This document shows positions 54,601 through 63,978 of a DNA stretch of 64,000 bases, piece by piece (within the stretch, counting starts at the first letter, position 1; the number at the start of each line of letters is the position of its first letter). Under the pieces are notes generated by a model. That model was not told the DNA's origin and did not search any database. It was given only the letters and a program-made list of their open reading frames with translations. Source of the stretch: Nannocystis bainbridge. GTDB taxonomy: Bacteria > Myxococcota_A > Polyangia > Nannocystales > Nannocystaceae. The stretch spans positions 128,001 through 192,000 of the forward strand of contig NZ_JAQNDL010000003.1 in NCBI RefSeq assembly GCF_028368995.1. Reading direction: 5' to 3'. The translations under genes were made by a program, and so were the position numbers.

Positions 54601-57600
54601 TGCACGCCGGCGGCGCCATCTTTGACCTGACCCTGCTCACCCGCGAGACCGAGGACGACGGCCTCGCGGCCGCGCTCGAGTACAGCACCGACCGCTTCGA
54701 TCGCTGGCGCATCGAGCAGCTTGCCCGCGCGATCGAGGTCGTGCTCGCCGAACTCACAGCGCCTCCGGTCCCGATCTCCGAGCTGCCGCTTTTGACGCCA
54801 GTTGAGCAATCACAGCAGTTCGCGCTCGCCTGCGGACCGCCGCAGGACAGCGCGCCGGGCGGGGTGCACGCTCGCTTCGAGGCTCAGGTCGACCACACGC
54901 CCGACGCCGTCGCCCTCGTCGACGGCGACGCGCGCGTGACCTACGCGCAACTGGAGCGCCGCGCCAATCGCCTGTCTCATCATTTGCGCGGGCTCGGGGT
55001 CAGGCGCGGCAGCCTCGTCGGCGTGGTCGCCACGCGCACCGCTGCCACCTTCGTCGCCGTGCTCGCCGTCCTCAAGGCTGGTGGTGCCTACGTCCCGCTC
55101 GATCCGTCCTACCCCGCCCAGCGGCTCGCGCACATCCTCGAGGACGCCGGCCTGCGCTGGATCGTCGCCGAGCCCGACGCCGCAGCCCTCCTCCCGCCGC
55201 ACACGGCCCGACTCGTCGAGCCCGACGCACCCTCGCCCGACGCACACCGGCTCGAGCCTTCGGACCTCGGCCCCGACGACCTCGCCTACGTGCTCTACAC
55301 CTCGGGCTCGACCGGCCGACCGAAGGGCGTGGCGATGCCGCACGGGCCGCTGCACAACCTCGTGGGTTGGCATCTGCGCGACCCTCGGCTCGGGCGTCCG
55401 GCGCGGACCCTGCAATTTGCCTCGCTCAACTTCGACGTCTCGGCGCAGGAGTTTCTCACCACCTGGGCCACCGGCGGCGCGCTGATCCTCGTGGCCGAGG
55501 ACGCCCGTCGAGACGCGCGGGCGCTGCTGGCCCTGCTCGCGCGCCAGGCCGTCGAGCGGTTGTTCCTCCCCTTCGTGTTCTTGCAGCACCTCGCCGAGGG
55601 GCCCCCGGCGCCGTCTCTCGTCGATGTCATCACCGCCGGCGAACAGCTCAAGCTCTCGCCGGCGCTCCGCGAGTGGTTCGGGCGCATGCCGGCGTGCGCG
55701 CTCCACAATCACTACGGCCCGACCGAGGCCCACGTCGTCACCGCGCACGTCCTGCTCGAGTCACGCGAATCGTGGCCGAGCTTGCCGCCGATCGGCGCGC
55801 CGATCTCCAATACCCGGATCTACCTGCTCGACGCCCATCAACGCCCGGTCCCGCCCGGCGTCACCGGCGAGCTCCACATCGCTGGCGCCGCCCTGGCCCG
55901 CGGCTACCTCGGCCAGCCCGCCCACACCGCCGAGCGCTTCGTGCCCGATCCATGGTGTCCCGGCCAGAGGATGTACCGCACCGGCGACCTCGCCCGCCGC
56001 GCGCCGGACGGCGACCTCGAATACGTCGGTCGTCGCGATTCGCAGGTCAAGCTGCGCGGCGTCCGGGTCGAGCTTGGCGAGATCGAGGCCGTCCTGACCG
56101 AGGATCTCGCCGTGACCGCCGCCGCGGCCGTCGTGCGCGAAGATGTCCCCGGGGACAGGCGGCTCGTCGCTTACGTCGCCGCCAGCGGGCCGCTCGACCT
56201 CGACTCGCTGCGCGCGCGCCTGCGGGCCCGCCTGCCCGCGCCGATGCTGCCCGCCGAGCTGGTCCCGCTGCCCCGCTTGCCGCTGCTGCCGAGCGGCAAG
56301 CTCGATCGCCATGCCCTGCCGCCCCCTCCGCAGCGCTCCGCCGCGCCGCCGCGCGACACGCCTGCTTCGACGCTCGAGCAGCAGATCGCCGCGAGCTGGC
56401 GCGAGCTGCTCCAGCTCGACCACGTCGACCTCGACGATCGCTTCTTCGACCTCGGTGGTCACTCGCTGCTGCTCGCCCAGGTCCGCGCTCGCCTCGAGCG
56501 CACCACCGGGCGCACGATCGCCCTCGTCGAGCTGTTCCGCCACCCGACGATCCGCGAGCTCGCGCGTCACCTCGGCGGCGCCAATGACAGCCGTGATTCA
56601 CCAGCCTCGCCGCCGCCACCGCTCACCGCGCCGACCGGCGACGCGCGGGCGATCGCCATCATCGGCATGGCCGGTCGCTTCCCCGGCGCCGCCAGCGTCG
56701 ACGCGCTGTGGGCCGCCCTCGTGGCCGGGCGCGAGCTCATCACCTTCTCCACCCGCGAGCAGCTCGTGGCCGCCGGCGTCGATCCGGCCCTTATCGACGC
56801 CCCGCGGTTCGTGCCCGCCATCGGCGTCATGCCCGACGCCATGTGCTTCGACGCCGCCTTCTTCGGCTACGGCCCGCGCGAGGCCCGGCTCCTCGATCCG
56901 CAGCAGCGCGTCCTGCTCGAGGTCGCCTGGGCCGCGCTCGAACACGCCGGCCACGCCCCCCGCGGCAGCGAGCGCCCGGTCGGCGTGTTCGCCGGCTGCG
57001 AGGTCCCGCGCCACTGGCTCGAGCGAATCGGTGCACCGGGCGGCCCGCTCAGCATCGAGGAGTACGAGGTCGGCTTCGCCAACATGAACGACACCCTCGC
57101 CACCCGGGTCGCCTACGAGCTCGGCCTGCGCGGCCCCGCCTTCACCGTCCAGACCGCCTGCTCGACCTCGCTGGTCGCGGTCCACCTCGCCTGTCAGAGC
57201 CTGCTCACCGGCGAATGCGAGCTGGCGCTCGCCGGCGGCGCCGTCGTCATGCCGCCCGACCGGCTCGGTCACGTCTCCGAGGGCGGCTCGGTGGTCGCGC
57301 CCGACGGCCGCTGCCGGCCGTTCGACGCCGACGCCCAGGGCATCGTCGGCGGCAACGGGGTCGGCGTCGTCGTGCTGAAGCGCCTCGCCGACGCTCTGGC
57401 CGACGGTGACAGCATTCACGCAGTGATTCATGCCACCGCGATCAACAACGACGGCGCGCGCAAGGTCGGCTTCACCGCCCCGAGCGTGCCGGGGCAGATC
57501 GAGGTGATCGAGCGCGCGCTGGCCCTCGCCGCCGTCGACCCGGTTCGGATCGGCCTCGTCGAGGCTCACGGCACCGCCACGCGCCTCGGCGACCCGATCG

Positions 57601-60347
57601 AGGTCGCCGCGCTCACCCAGGCCTGGCGCCGGTCGACCGCCGCGCGGGGTTACTGCGCGCTCGGCTCGATCAAGGGCAACATCGGCCACCTCGGGGCCGC
57701 CGCCGGCATCGCCGGGCTGATCAAGGCCGCGCTGGCGCTGGCGCGCGAGGCCATCCCGCCGACCCTGCACTTCCGCGCCGCCAACCCCGAGCTCGCGCTC
57801 GACACCAGCCCGTTCTTCGTCAACAGCGATACAATAACATGGCCCAAAAGCCATGTTCCACGATTCGCCGCCGTCAGCGCGTTCGGGGTCGGCGGCACCA
57901 ACGCCCACGCAATCCTCGGCGAGGCCCCCGCGATCGCCCCGGGCGAACCGTCGCGGCCGGTGCAGTTGCTGGTGCTGTCGGCGCAATCCCCCGCCTCGCT
58001 GGCCGAGGGCGCCACGCGGCTCGCCGACGCCCTGAGCGGTCCCGACGCGCCCGCGCTGGCCGATGTCGCCCACACCCTCGCCCGCGGCCGCACGCCCATG
58101 CGCCATCGTCGGGCCGTCGTCGCCCGCGACGCCGCCGCGGCCGCCGTCGCCCTGCAGACCGGCGATCGGGCCCGGGTGGTCGACGGCCTCGCCGGCGACC
58201 GACCGCCGCGCATCGCCTTCATGTTCCCCGGCGGCGGCACCCAGACCGTCGGCATGGGCCGCGAGCTCTATACCGCCGACCCGTCGTTCCGCGCCGAGTT
58301 CGACGCCGCCGCCGATCGCTTCGCCGCCGAGCTCGAGCTCGACGTCCGCGCCCTGCTGTTCACCGCCGATCCCGACGAAGCTGCCCGCGGATTGCTGCGC
58401 CCGACGCGATTTTTGCCCGCGATCTTCTGCTGTGAATACGCGCTGGCCCGGCGGCTCATCGCGCTCGGCGTCGTACCGGCCGCGGTCACCGGTCACAGCC
58501 TCGGCGAATACACCGCGGCCGCGATCGCCGGGGTCCTCTCGCTCGCCGACGCGGCGCGCCTGCTGGCCATCCGCGCCCGGCTGCACGAATCGATCGAGCT
58601 GCCCGCCGGCCTGCTCGTCGTCAGCCTGTCCGAGGCCGCCCTGACGCGACGGCTCACGCCCGACCTAGACATCGCCGCCGTCAACGCCGAGGACAGCTGC
58701 GTGGTCGCCGGCCACCTCGCCGCAATTGAATCCTTCGAGGCCGAGCTCGCCCGCGACAGCGTCGAATGCCGGCGCCTGCCGGTCTCGGGCGCCTCGCATT
58801 GCGCGCTGGTCGATCCGCTGCTGGCCCCCCTGGCCGCCTGCGCCCGCGAGCTCGACCTCGCCGCGCCGACCATTCCGCTCGTCTCCAACGTCACTGGCGA
58901 TTGGCTCGGCGACGACGAGGCCCGCGATCCGCAGCACTGGTGCCGTCACCTGCGCGGCGCCGTGCGCTTCGCCGACGGCCTCGGCCGCTTGCTCGCCGAT
59001 CGCGACCTGCTGCTCGTCGAGGTCGGCCCCGGCCGCACCCTCGCCGGGCTCGCGCGCCGCCACCCCGACGCTGGCGGCCGCCCGATCGTCGCCACCATGG
59101 CCGCGCGCGGCGGCGGCCGCACCGACCTCGAGGCGTTCACCCACGCGCTCGCCCAGCTGTGGTGCCGCGGCGTCGACCTGCGCTGGGACGCGCTGTTCGC
59201 CGGCGAACGCCGCCGCCGCGTGCCGCTGCCGACCTACGCGTTCGCGCGGGTCCACCACGAGCACCCCGTCGCCCCGGCCCGGCGCGGCCGAGACGTCGCA
59301 GCATTCCCGATCACCGATGCGCCCGTCGCTCCTGCCATCATTCCCGCCGACGCCCTCGCCGACCCGATCGCGCGGACCCTCGCCGACGTGTTCGCCGAGG
59401 TCCTCGGCGTGCCCGCGCCGGGCCTCGCCGACAATTTCTTCGACCTCGGCGGCTCCTCATTTTTGGCCCTGCGCGTGCGCGTCCGCGTCGAGGAGCTGCT
59501 CGCGGTCAAGCTGCCGGTGCATGCATTCGTCGAGCACCCCACCCTCGCCGGCCTCGCCGACCTCGTGCGCGCCCGCCTGCCCACGGTCGCCGCGCCCGTC
59601 CCCGCGCAAGCGCGGCTCACCGTCGCATTGCGCCCGGGCCCTGGTCGGCGCCTGTTCCTGTTCCAGCCGATCGGCGGCACCGTCTTCACCTACCTGCCGC
59701 TGGCGCGGCGCCTCGAGCCCTCGCTTCACGTCATCGGCGTGCGCGCCTCCGGCATGGAACCCGGGGAGCCCGTCTTCGATCGCCTGGACCCGCTGCTCGA
59801 TCGTCTGCTCGACGAAGTCCGCGCCTGCCAACCGCACGGCCCCTACCTGCTCGGCGGCCACTCGGCGGGCGGTGTGCTCGCCTTCGAGCTGGCGCGGCGG
59901 TTGCTCGCGGCCGGCGAGCGCGTCGAGAATATCGTCATGCTCGACACCGCCTCGCTCGCGCTGGTGCGGCGGCTGGTCATCACCAGCGACGAGGACGTGT
60001 TCGAGATCGCGGGGCGCATGCGCAGCGACTCCTCCCACGCTTACGAACAATTCGCGGCGACCTTGCGCGACGACCCCAGCTTCCGCACCCTCGTGCGCAC
60101 CACCTGGAGCGCCCTCGCCGGCTGCGAACCGGGTCCGCTCGCCGCCGAGGTCCTCTACGTCAAGGCCCGCGTGCAGCCGGACGACGACCGCCACGCCGAC
60201 CACGCGTGGATGGCTCTCGTCGAAGGAGCGTTCGCGCGTATCACCGTCGACGCCGATCATTTCTCGATGATGGACGAGCCCGCCGTGGCCCACGTCGCCG
60301 CCGCCATGAACGCCGCGCTCGCCGCCCCGCCTCGCTCGACGCCATGA
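51636..60347 (+). CDS. Hybrid NRPS/type I PKS: A-T-C-A-T-KS-AT-ACP-TE
   Basis: YTSGSTGRPKG twice, GGHSL (53331, 56454), HHIVTDG (53901), TACSTS (57153), GHSLG (58491), GGSSF (59448), GHSAG (59856); SD upstream of ATG 51636. Confidence 0.96.
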   Translation: MKSGLPLESVDLAAARRAVIDDWNATAIDLDGERCLHACVAAQVARTPERIAVVAESGSWTYAELDRRADAIAAELQRRGARRGTLVAVCADRSCELLAGLLGVLRAGAAYVPLDPEHPRERLEFMLADCGAPLVLAQRRHAALLSAAAATLVVLDASFPPAGPVAAEVGPDDLIYVMYTSGSTGRPKGVMNIHRGVVNRLLDMQRTLPLGADDRVLQKTPCGFDISVYELFWPLLAGATLVMARPGGHRDPAYLVETIASHAITTIHFVPPMLAAFLEQDDLGPCHSLRRVLCTGDVLAPALVQACHARLDVEVYNLYGPTEAAIEVTAHRCERDSDTASVPIGKPIANCTIYVLDPAGEPVPPGTAGELHIGGVQVSRGYWGRPALTAERFVPDPFTAAPARRLYRTGDLARWRSDGVLEFLGRLDHQVKIRGVRVEPGEIEAVLREHSQVRDALVVVHEQASERRLVAYVVFAGESPHDLAALRASLANRLPAAMVPAALVPLAAIPVLSNGKIDRSALPRPEAQSPERVAPRGPIELAIAELWQSVLGAGECGVKDEFLAIGGHSLHAAQIVARMRRALGRSISLAEFFAHPTIAGQAALLAERARPAEDAIPALSADSGPLSFAEERLYFLHQLAPASPAYHCPHAFHITGECDEARLEAALLALVGRHDVLRTRYLAEAGLPRRAIDRQARLDLARRDLSHLAPEARSEVLAAMLATEVGRPFDLAAGPPLRAGLVRLDRDARVLWLVQHHIVTDGWTDALLLRELGQLYEFGQIDAAPSLNYADYAAWQRHDRSDQHHAALARWQARLAGAPALLTLPIDRPRSDASTGRGARVTFAVSPTTLAPLRHLARAAGATLAHALLSVFVAVLRRFADQDDMVVGLTTAARARVELEEVAGFFVNTLPIRLDLADDPTLPTLLARVRDAVLAAHADETVPFEQIVRTVRAPRDLGGSPLVQVAFAPQPRIDTSLRLRGCAVRPIDLHAGGAIFDLTLLTRETEDDGLAAALEYSTDRFDRWRIEQLARAIEVVLAELTAPPVPISELPLLTPVEQSQQFALACGPPQDSAPGGVHARFEAQVDHTPDAVALVDGDARVTYAQLERRANRLSHHLRGLGVRRGSLVGVVATRTAATFVAVLAVLKAGGAYVPLDPSYPAQRLAHILEDAGLRWIVAEPDAAALLPPHTARLVEPDAPSPDAHRLEPSDLGPDDLAYVLYTSGSTGRPKGVAMPHGPLHNLVGWHLRDPRLGRPARTLQFASLNFDVSAQEFLTTWATGGALILVAEDARRDARALLALLARQAVERLFLPFVFLQHLAEGPPAPSLVDVITAGEQLKLSPALREWFGRMPACALHNHYGPTEAHVVTAHVLLESRESWPSLPPIGAPISNTRIYLLDAHQRPVPPGVTGELHIAGAALARGYLGQPAHTAERFVPDPWCPGQRMYRTGDLARRAPDGDLEYVGRRDSQVKLRGVRVELGEIEAVLTEDLAVTAAAAVVREDVPGDRRLVAYVAASGPLDLDSLRARLRARLPAPMLPAELVPLPRLPLLPSGKLDRHALPPPPQRSAAPPRDTPASTLEQQIAASWRELLQLDHVDLDDRFFDLGGHSLLLAQVRARLERTTGRTIALVELFRHPTIRELARHLGGANDSRDSPASPPPPLTAPTGDARAIAIIGMAGRFPGAASVDALWAALVAGRELITFSTREQLVAAGVDPALIDAPRFVPAIGVMPDAMCFDAAFFGYGPREARLLDPQQRVLLEVAWAALEHAGHAPRGSERPVGVFAGCEVPRHWLERIGAPGGPLSIEEYEVGFANMNDTLATRVAYELGLRGPAFTVQTACSTSLVAVHLACQSLLTGECELALAGGAVVMPPDRLGHVSEGGSVVAPDGRCRPFDADAQGIVGGNGVGVVVLKRLADALADGDSIHAVIHATAINNDGARKVGFTAPSVPGQIEVIERALALAAVDPVRIGLVEAHGTATRLGDPIEVAALTQAWRRSTAARGYCALGSIKGNIGHLGAAAGIAGLIKAALALAREAIPPTLHFRAANPELALDTSPFFVNSDTITWPKSHVPRFAAVSAFGVGGTNAHAILGEAPAIAPGEPSRPVQLLVLSAQSPASLAEGATRLADALSGPDAPALADVAHTLARGRTPMRHRRAVVARDAAAAAVALQTGDRARVVDGLAGDRPPRIAFMFPGGGTQTVGMGRELYTADPSFRAEFDAAADRFAAELELDVRALLFTADPDEAARGLLRPTRFLPAIFCCEYALARRLIALGVVPAAVTGHSLGEYTAAAIAGVLSLADAARLLAIRARLHESIELPAGLLVVSLSEAALTRRLTPDLDIAAVNAEDSCVVAGHLAAIESFEAELARDSVECRRLPVSGASHCALVDPLLAPLAACARELDLAAPTIPLVSNVTGDWLGDDEARDPQHWCRHLRGAVRFADGLGRLLADRDLLLVEVGPGRTLAGLARRHPDAGGRPIVATMAARGGGRTDLEAFTHALAQLWCRGVDLRWDALFAGERRRRVPLPTYAFARVHHEHPVAPARRGRDVAAFPITDAPVAPAIIPADALADPIARTLADVFAEVLGVPAPGLADNFFDLGGSSFLALRVRVRVEELLAVKLPVHAFVEHPTLAGLADLVRARLPTVAAPVPAQARLTVALRPGPGRRLFLFQPIGGTVFTYLPLARRLEPSLHVIGVRASGMEPGEPVFDRLDPLLDRLLDEVRACQPHGPYLLGGHSAGGVLAFELARRLLAAGERVENIVMLDTASLALVRRLVITSDEDVFEIAGRMRSDSSHAYEQFAATLRDDPSFRTLVRTTWSALAGCEPGPLAAEVLYVKARVQPDDDRHADHAWMALVEGAFARITVDADHFSMMDEPAVAHVAAAMNAALAAPPRSTP

Positions 60348-60420
60348 TATGTCTCAAAGGACAGGACGATCGCACAGGCCCCGCACGATCGCCTGTCCCT
60401 CGGGACATCTTATTTCGAGC

Positions 60421-61533
60421 TCAGGCCGCGCCCTTGACCGGCGTCGTCGGGGCAGCCGCGGGGATCCCATAATACAGCCGCGCCGCCAGCCCGCCTTCCT
60501 CGGCGACGCGCTCGGCCGCCGCGCCGGCCACAAGCTCGATGCGCGCCCCCGCGGCCATCGCCAGCTCGGGCAGCCGCACCCGCAGGTCGACCTCGGCCAG
60601 CGGCCACGGCACCAGCAACAGCTCGACCTGCTTGTTCTTCAGGCAGTCGAGCACCGTGGCGATGCCGAGCGCCCCGCGGCCGCCGGCCTTGGCCAGGTCG
60701 ACCACCTCGTCCACCAGCGCGCTCTCGTACGCGCGCTCGTGCTCGAGCGCGTGCGGCATCAGGTGGTCCCACGTCGCCTGGTCGGTCAGGTGCAGCGGCG
60801 TCGGCACGATCGCGATCACGGCCTTGCGGACCGTGTCGTGCATGAGGCCCTCGACCGCCCGCGCCGCGCCATCCATCCCTGCGAGCACGATCCGCTTCGC
60901 ACCTGACTCTTCGAGCAGGTTCGCGCATTGCTCGGCGACCTGGCGGTAGAACCGGCGCGCATGATCCTCGATCGTCGCCTCGAAGGCGTCGCGGTTGCTG
61001 CCGCCCTGGGTGTAACCGCCCTCGCCGCGGCCGGTCGCCGGCAGGTATTTCGGCGGGAAGTCGTACTCGCGGACCTCGTTGTAGCGGGTCCCGCCGAGCC
61101 CGGCGCGGCCGAGCCGGGCGACGAAGAAGCGGACCTTCTCCGAGTCGACAAGGGCCACCACGTACGGCTCGTACTCGTCGAGCAGCCACAGCAGCGAGGC
61201 CACCGCCGGCCGCCCGAAGTGGACCTCCGGCGCCACGATCGGCACCTGCAGTCTCAGCACCTCCTCGCCGGTCGGGGTGAAGAACGCCGCCACCGCCTTG
61301 CACTCCGGCCGCAGCGTGGCGAAGAACTGTTCGGCCCGCGCCAGCAGCTCCGGCAGCGCCGGGTCGTCGGAACTCGCCTTCAGGTCGCGCAGCGAGTTCT
61401 TGACCAAAATCCGCCAGCCGGGCGTGCGGCCCTGATTCTCGAGCAGCGACGGGTCGACCTGGGCGTAGATCGAGAGCGTCTTGTCGGCCCCCGGTTGGCT
61501 GAGCACGCGATGGACATCGGTAATTTTGAGCAT
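60421..61533 (-). CDS. Bacterial aeRF1/pelota-superfamily (baeRF-type) protein
   Basis: LSIYAQVDP N-domain, LLDEYEPYVVALVDSEKVRFF RNase H-like domain, GALGIATVLDCL..VELLLV..GARIELV..GGLAARLYY C-domain. Confidence 0.75.
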   Translation of the reverse strand: MLKITDVHRVLSQPGADKTLSIYAQVDPSLLENQGRTPGWRILVKNSLRDLKASSDDPALPELLARAEQFFATLRPECKAVAAFFTPTGEEVLRLQVPIVAPEVHFGRPAVASLLWLLDEYEPYVVALVDSEKVRFFVARLGRAGLGGTRYNEVREYDFPPKYLPATGRGEGGYTQGGSNRDAFEATIEDHARRFYRQVAEQCANLLEESGAKRIVLAGMDGAARAVEGLMHDTVRKAVIAIVPTPLHLTDQATWDHLMPHALEHERAYESALVDEVVDLAKAGGRGALGIATVLDCLKNKQVELLLVPWPLAEVDLRVRLPELAMAAGARIELVAGAAAERVAEEGGLAARLYYGIPAAAPTTPVKGAA

Positions 61534-61784
61534 GCAGACCTCGTTGCCGCGAAGTCTGGGCAATTGCCGCGCTCGTGCAAACGCCGGACGAGCTCTGCCG
61601 CCGCGATCGCACCGCCGCTCGCCAATGGTGGCAGGCGCAGCCGCGACGCCGGCGCCGGGGCGACGGGTGCGCTCGGTGCATGCCTCGGGATCGCCGGCGG
61701 CCGCCCGCTCTCACGAGCGCTGATATTCCGGACTACGCATTCGCCGATCGACGCGAGCGACCAGCGAGCCCGACCTTTGGCGAA

Positions 61785-61816
61785 TGTCCGTTCGGACATG
61801 TCTTACGAGACATGTC
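61785..61816. repeat. TGTC-N6-GACA tandem array
   Basis: TGTCcgttcgGACA TGTCttacgaGACA TGTC. Confidence 0.85.
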
Positions 61817-61843
61817 CCGAGTCGCGTCTCGAGCCCCGCTCGC

Positions 61844-62596
61844 TCAGCGCTCCACCGGCCCGAGCACCTCGGCGAGGAACCCGTCGATCGCCTGCTGCGC
61901 GCGGCGGGCCGCGTCGGCGTCGTATTGCAGCCCGCGCTCGGGCATCTGCGCGCCGGGGAACGTGAAAGCGTGCATCGCGTGCCCGTACGCGTGAAGCTGC
62001 CAGTCGGCGCGCGCGGCCGTCAGCTCGCGGGCCAGCACCAGCACGTCCTCCGGCGGCGCCACCGGGTCCTCCCAGCCGTGCAGCACCAGGATCTTGGCGG
62101 TGATGCGCGGCTGCTCGGCGAAGCCCGGCGGCTTCAGCACCCCGTGGATCGACACCACCCCGCGGACCCCGCCTGCGTTGCAGCGGGCAGCGTCGAGGGC
62201 ACACAGGCCGCCGAAGCACCAGCCGATCACCACCAGCCGATCGGGGTCGACGAGCGGGTGCTGCCGGGCCGCCGCGACCCCGGCGACCAGACGATCGCGC
62301 AGGTGGCCGCGGTCGTTGAGCAGCGGCATCATCAGCCGCGCGTTGTCGCCGGTCTCCTCGCCGCGCACGCCCTTGCCATAGAGGTCGAGGGCGAACGCGA
62401 CGCGCCCCTGGGCCGCGAATTCCTCGGCGCGGGCGCGGATCGATCCGTTCTGCCCGTCCCACGCGTGGGCCAGCACGACGCACGGCCGCGGCCGCCCGGT
62501 CGCGCCGTCGTGGGCGACGTAGGCCTCGCCCACGACATCACCGGCGGGGTAATCGACGAATTCGGTGATGAGCGGGCGGCTCGCGGCGGCGGTCAT
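61844..62596 (-). CDS. Dienelactone hydrolase family protein
   Basis: GWCFGG nucleophile, LHGWEDP, HAFT. Confidence 0.9.
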   Translation of the reverse strand: MTAAASRPLITEFVDYPAGDVVGEAYVAHDGATGRPRPCVVLAHAWDGQNGSIRARAEEFAAQGRVAFALDLYGKGVRGEETGDNARLMMPLLNDRGHLRDRLVAGVAAARQHPLVDPDRLVVIGWCFGGLCALDAARCNAGGVRGVVSIHGVLKPPGFAEQPRITAKILVLHGWEDPVAPPEDVLVLARELTAARADWQLHAYGHAMHAFTFPGAQMPERGLQYDADAARRAQQAIDGFLAEVLGPVER

Positions 62597-62649
62597 CGGT
62601 GACAATTGATTCGCACGAGCGGCCGTCCTCGACAAGCCCCCGCGCCGCC

Positions 62650-63978
62650 TCACGGCCCGCGCCGGTCCGCGTTCGCCGGCGGGAACGTCGCCAGCGACGC
62701 CGGCCGCGCCGCCTGCAGCCGGACCGCCGTCGCCTCGGCCGCCCGCAGCACGCGGAGCAGGTTGCGCCCGGCGAGCTTCTCCAGCTCCGCGTCGGTCCAC
62801 CCGCGACGGGCCAGCTCGGCCAGCAAATGCGGGTACTTCGAGACGTCCTCGAGGCCGACCGGCGCCGCCGACATGCCGTCGAAATCGCCGCCCAGCCCGA
62901 CGTGGTCGACGCCCGCCACCCGCCGCACGTGCTCGACGTGATCGGCGACCTGCGCCAGCGTCGCCCGCGGCTGCGGCTCGGCGTCGATCTCGGCCAGACG
63001 CAGGGCCCGGGCCGCGAGATCGCCGATCTTGGCCGCCTCGGCCCGCGCCTTCCGCCGGGCTTCGCGGGCCTCCCCGGCCGCCTGCGACACGTAGGCCGGC
63101 AGGAAGGTGACCATCACGATGCCACCATTGTCGGGGATCCGCCGCAACACGTCGTCAGGCACGTTGCGCGGCGTGTCGGCGATCGCCCGCGCCGACGAGT
63201 GGGAGAAGATGAGCGGCGCCTCGCTGACCCGCAGCGCGTCGTCCATGGTCGCCGGCGATACGTGCGAGAGGTCGACCAGCATGCCGAGCCGGTTCATCTC
63301 GCGCACGACCTCCTCGCCGAACGGGGTCAGGCCGCCGTGACGCGGCGGCAGCACGGCGCAGTCGGCCCAGTCGGTATGCACATTGTGGGTCAGCGTCAGG
63401 TAACGGACCCCGAGCGCGTGATAGGCCCGTAGCGTCCCCAGCGAATTGACGAGCGTGTGCCCGCCCTCGGCCCCGAGCAGCGACGCCACCCGCCCGGCGC
63501 GGAACGCCTGCTCGACCTCGTCGGCGGTCAGCGCCAGCGCGAGATCGTCAGGATAATGCGCGATCATCCGCCGGGCCAGATCGATCTGCTCGAGCTGCAG
63601 GCGCACGAGATCGCCGGCAGGCCGATCACCGGGCACGTACACCGACCAGAACTGCGCGCCGACCCGCCCCGCGCGCAGCCGCGGCAGATCGGTGTGACCG
63701 GGAGTGGCCGCGCGCAGGTCGTAGGCCGCCACGTCGCCGGGCGCCTGCTTGTATTCGCGGATCGTCCACGGCAAATCGTTGTGGCCGTCGATCAGCGGCA
63801 CGCGGGCGAGCACCGCGTGGGCTCGTCCCAGCGGATCGTCCGCCAGCGCCGGATCGTTCGCCGACGCCGAATCAGCCGAATCCGATGAATCGCGGGTGGG
63901 GTCCGGCGCCGCCGCGCGCGGCGATTCAGGCCCCGCGATCGCGGTCGCCAGCCCAGCGCCCGGCAATGGCTCGGACAC
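62650..63978 (-). CDS. Membrane dipeptidase (M19), start possibly beyond window edge
   Basis: DGHNDLP, GAEGGH, TLTH, EMNRLGMLVDLSH, FSHS, GGDFDG. Confidence 0.92.
   Translation of the reverse strand: MSEPLPGAGLATAIAGPESPRAAAPDPTRDSSDSADSASANDPALADDPLGRAHAVLARVPLIDGHNDLPWTIREYKQAPGDVAAYDLRAATPGHTDLPRLRAGRVGAQFWSVYVPGDRPAGDLVRLQLEQIDLARRMIAHYPDDLALALTADEVEQAFRAGRVASLLGAEGGHTLVNSLGTLRAYHALGVRYLTLTHNVHTDWADCAVLPPRHGGLTPFGEEVVREMNRLGMLVDLSHVSPATMDDALRVSEAPLIFSHSSARAIADTPRNVPDDVLRRIPDNGGIVMVTFLPAYVSQAAGEAREARRKARAEAAKIGDLAARALRLAEIDAEPQPRATLAQVADHVEHVRRVAGVDHVGLGGDFDGMSAAPVGLEDVSKYPHLLAELARRGWTDAELEKLAGRNLLRVLRAAEATAVRLQAARPASLATFPPANADRRGP

Noticed and set aside
60421-63978. aeRF1-like, dienelactone hydrolase and dipeptidase genes as part of the NRPS/PKS cluster
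   Set aside because: They are on the opposite strand and belong to common families. Nothing in the sequence ties them to the pathway; synteny would be needed.
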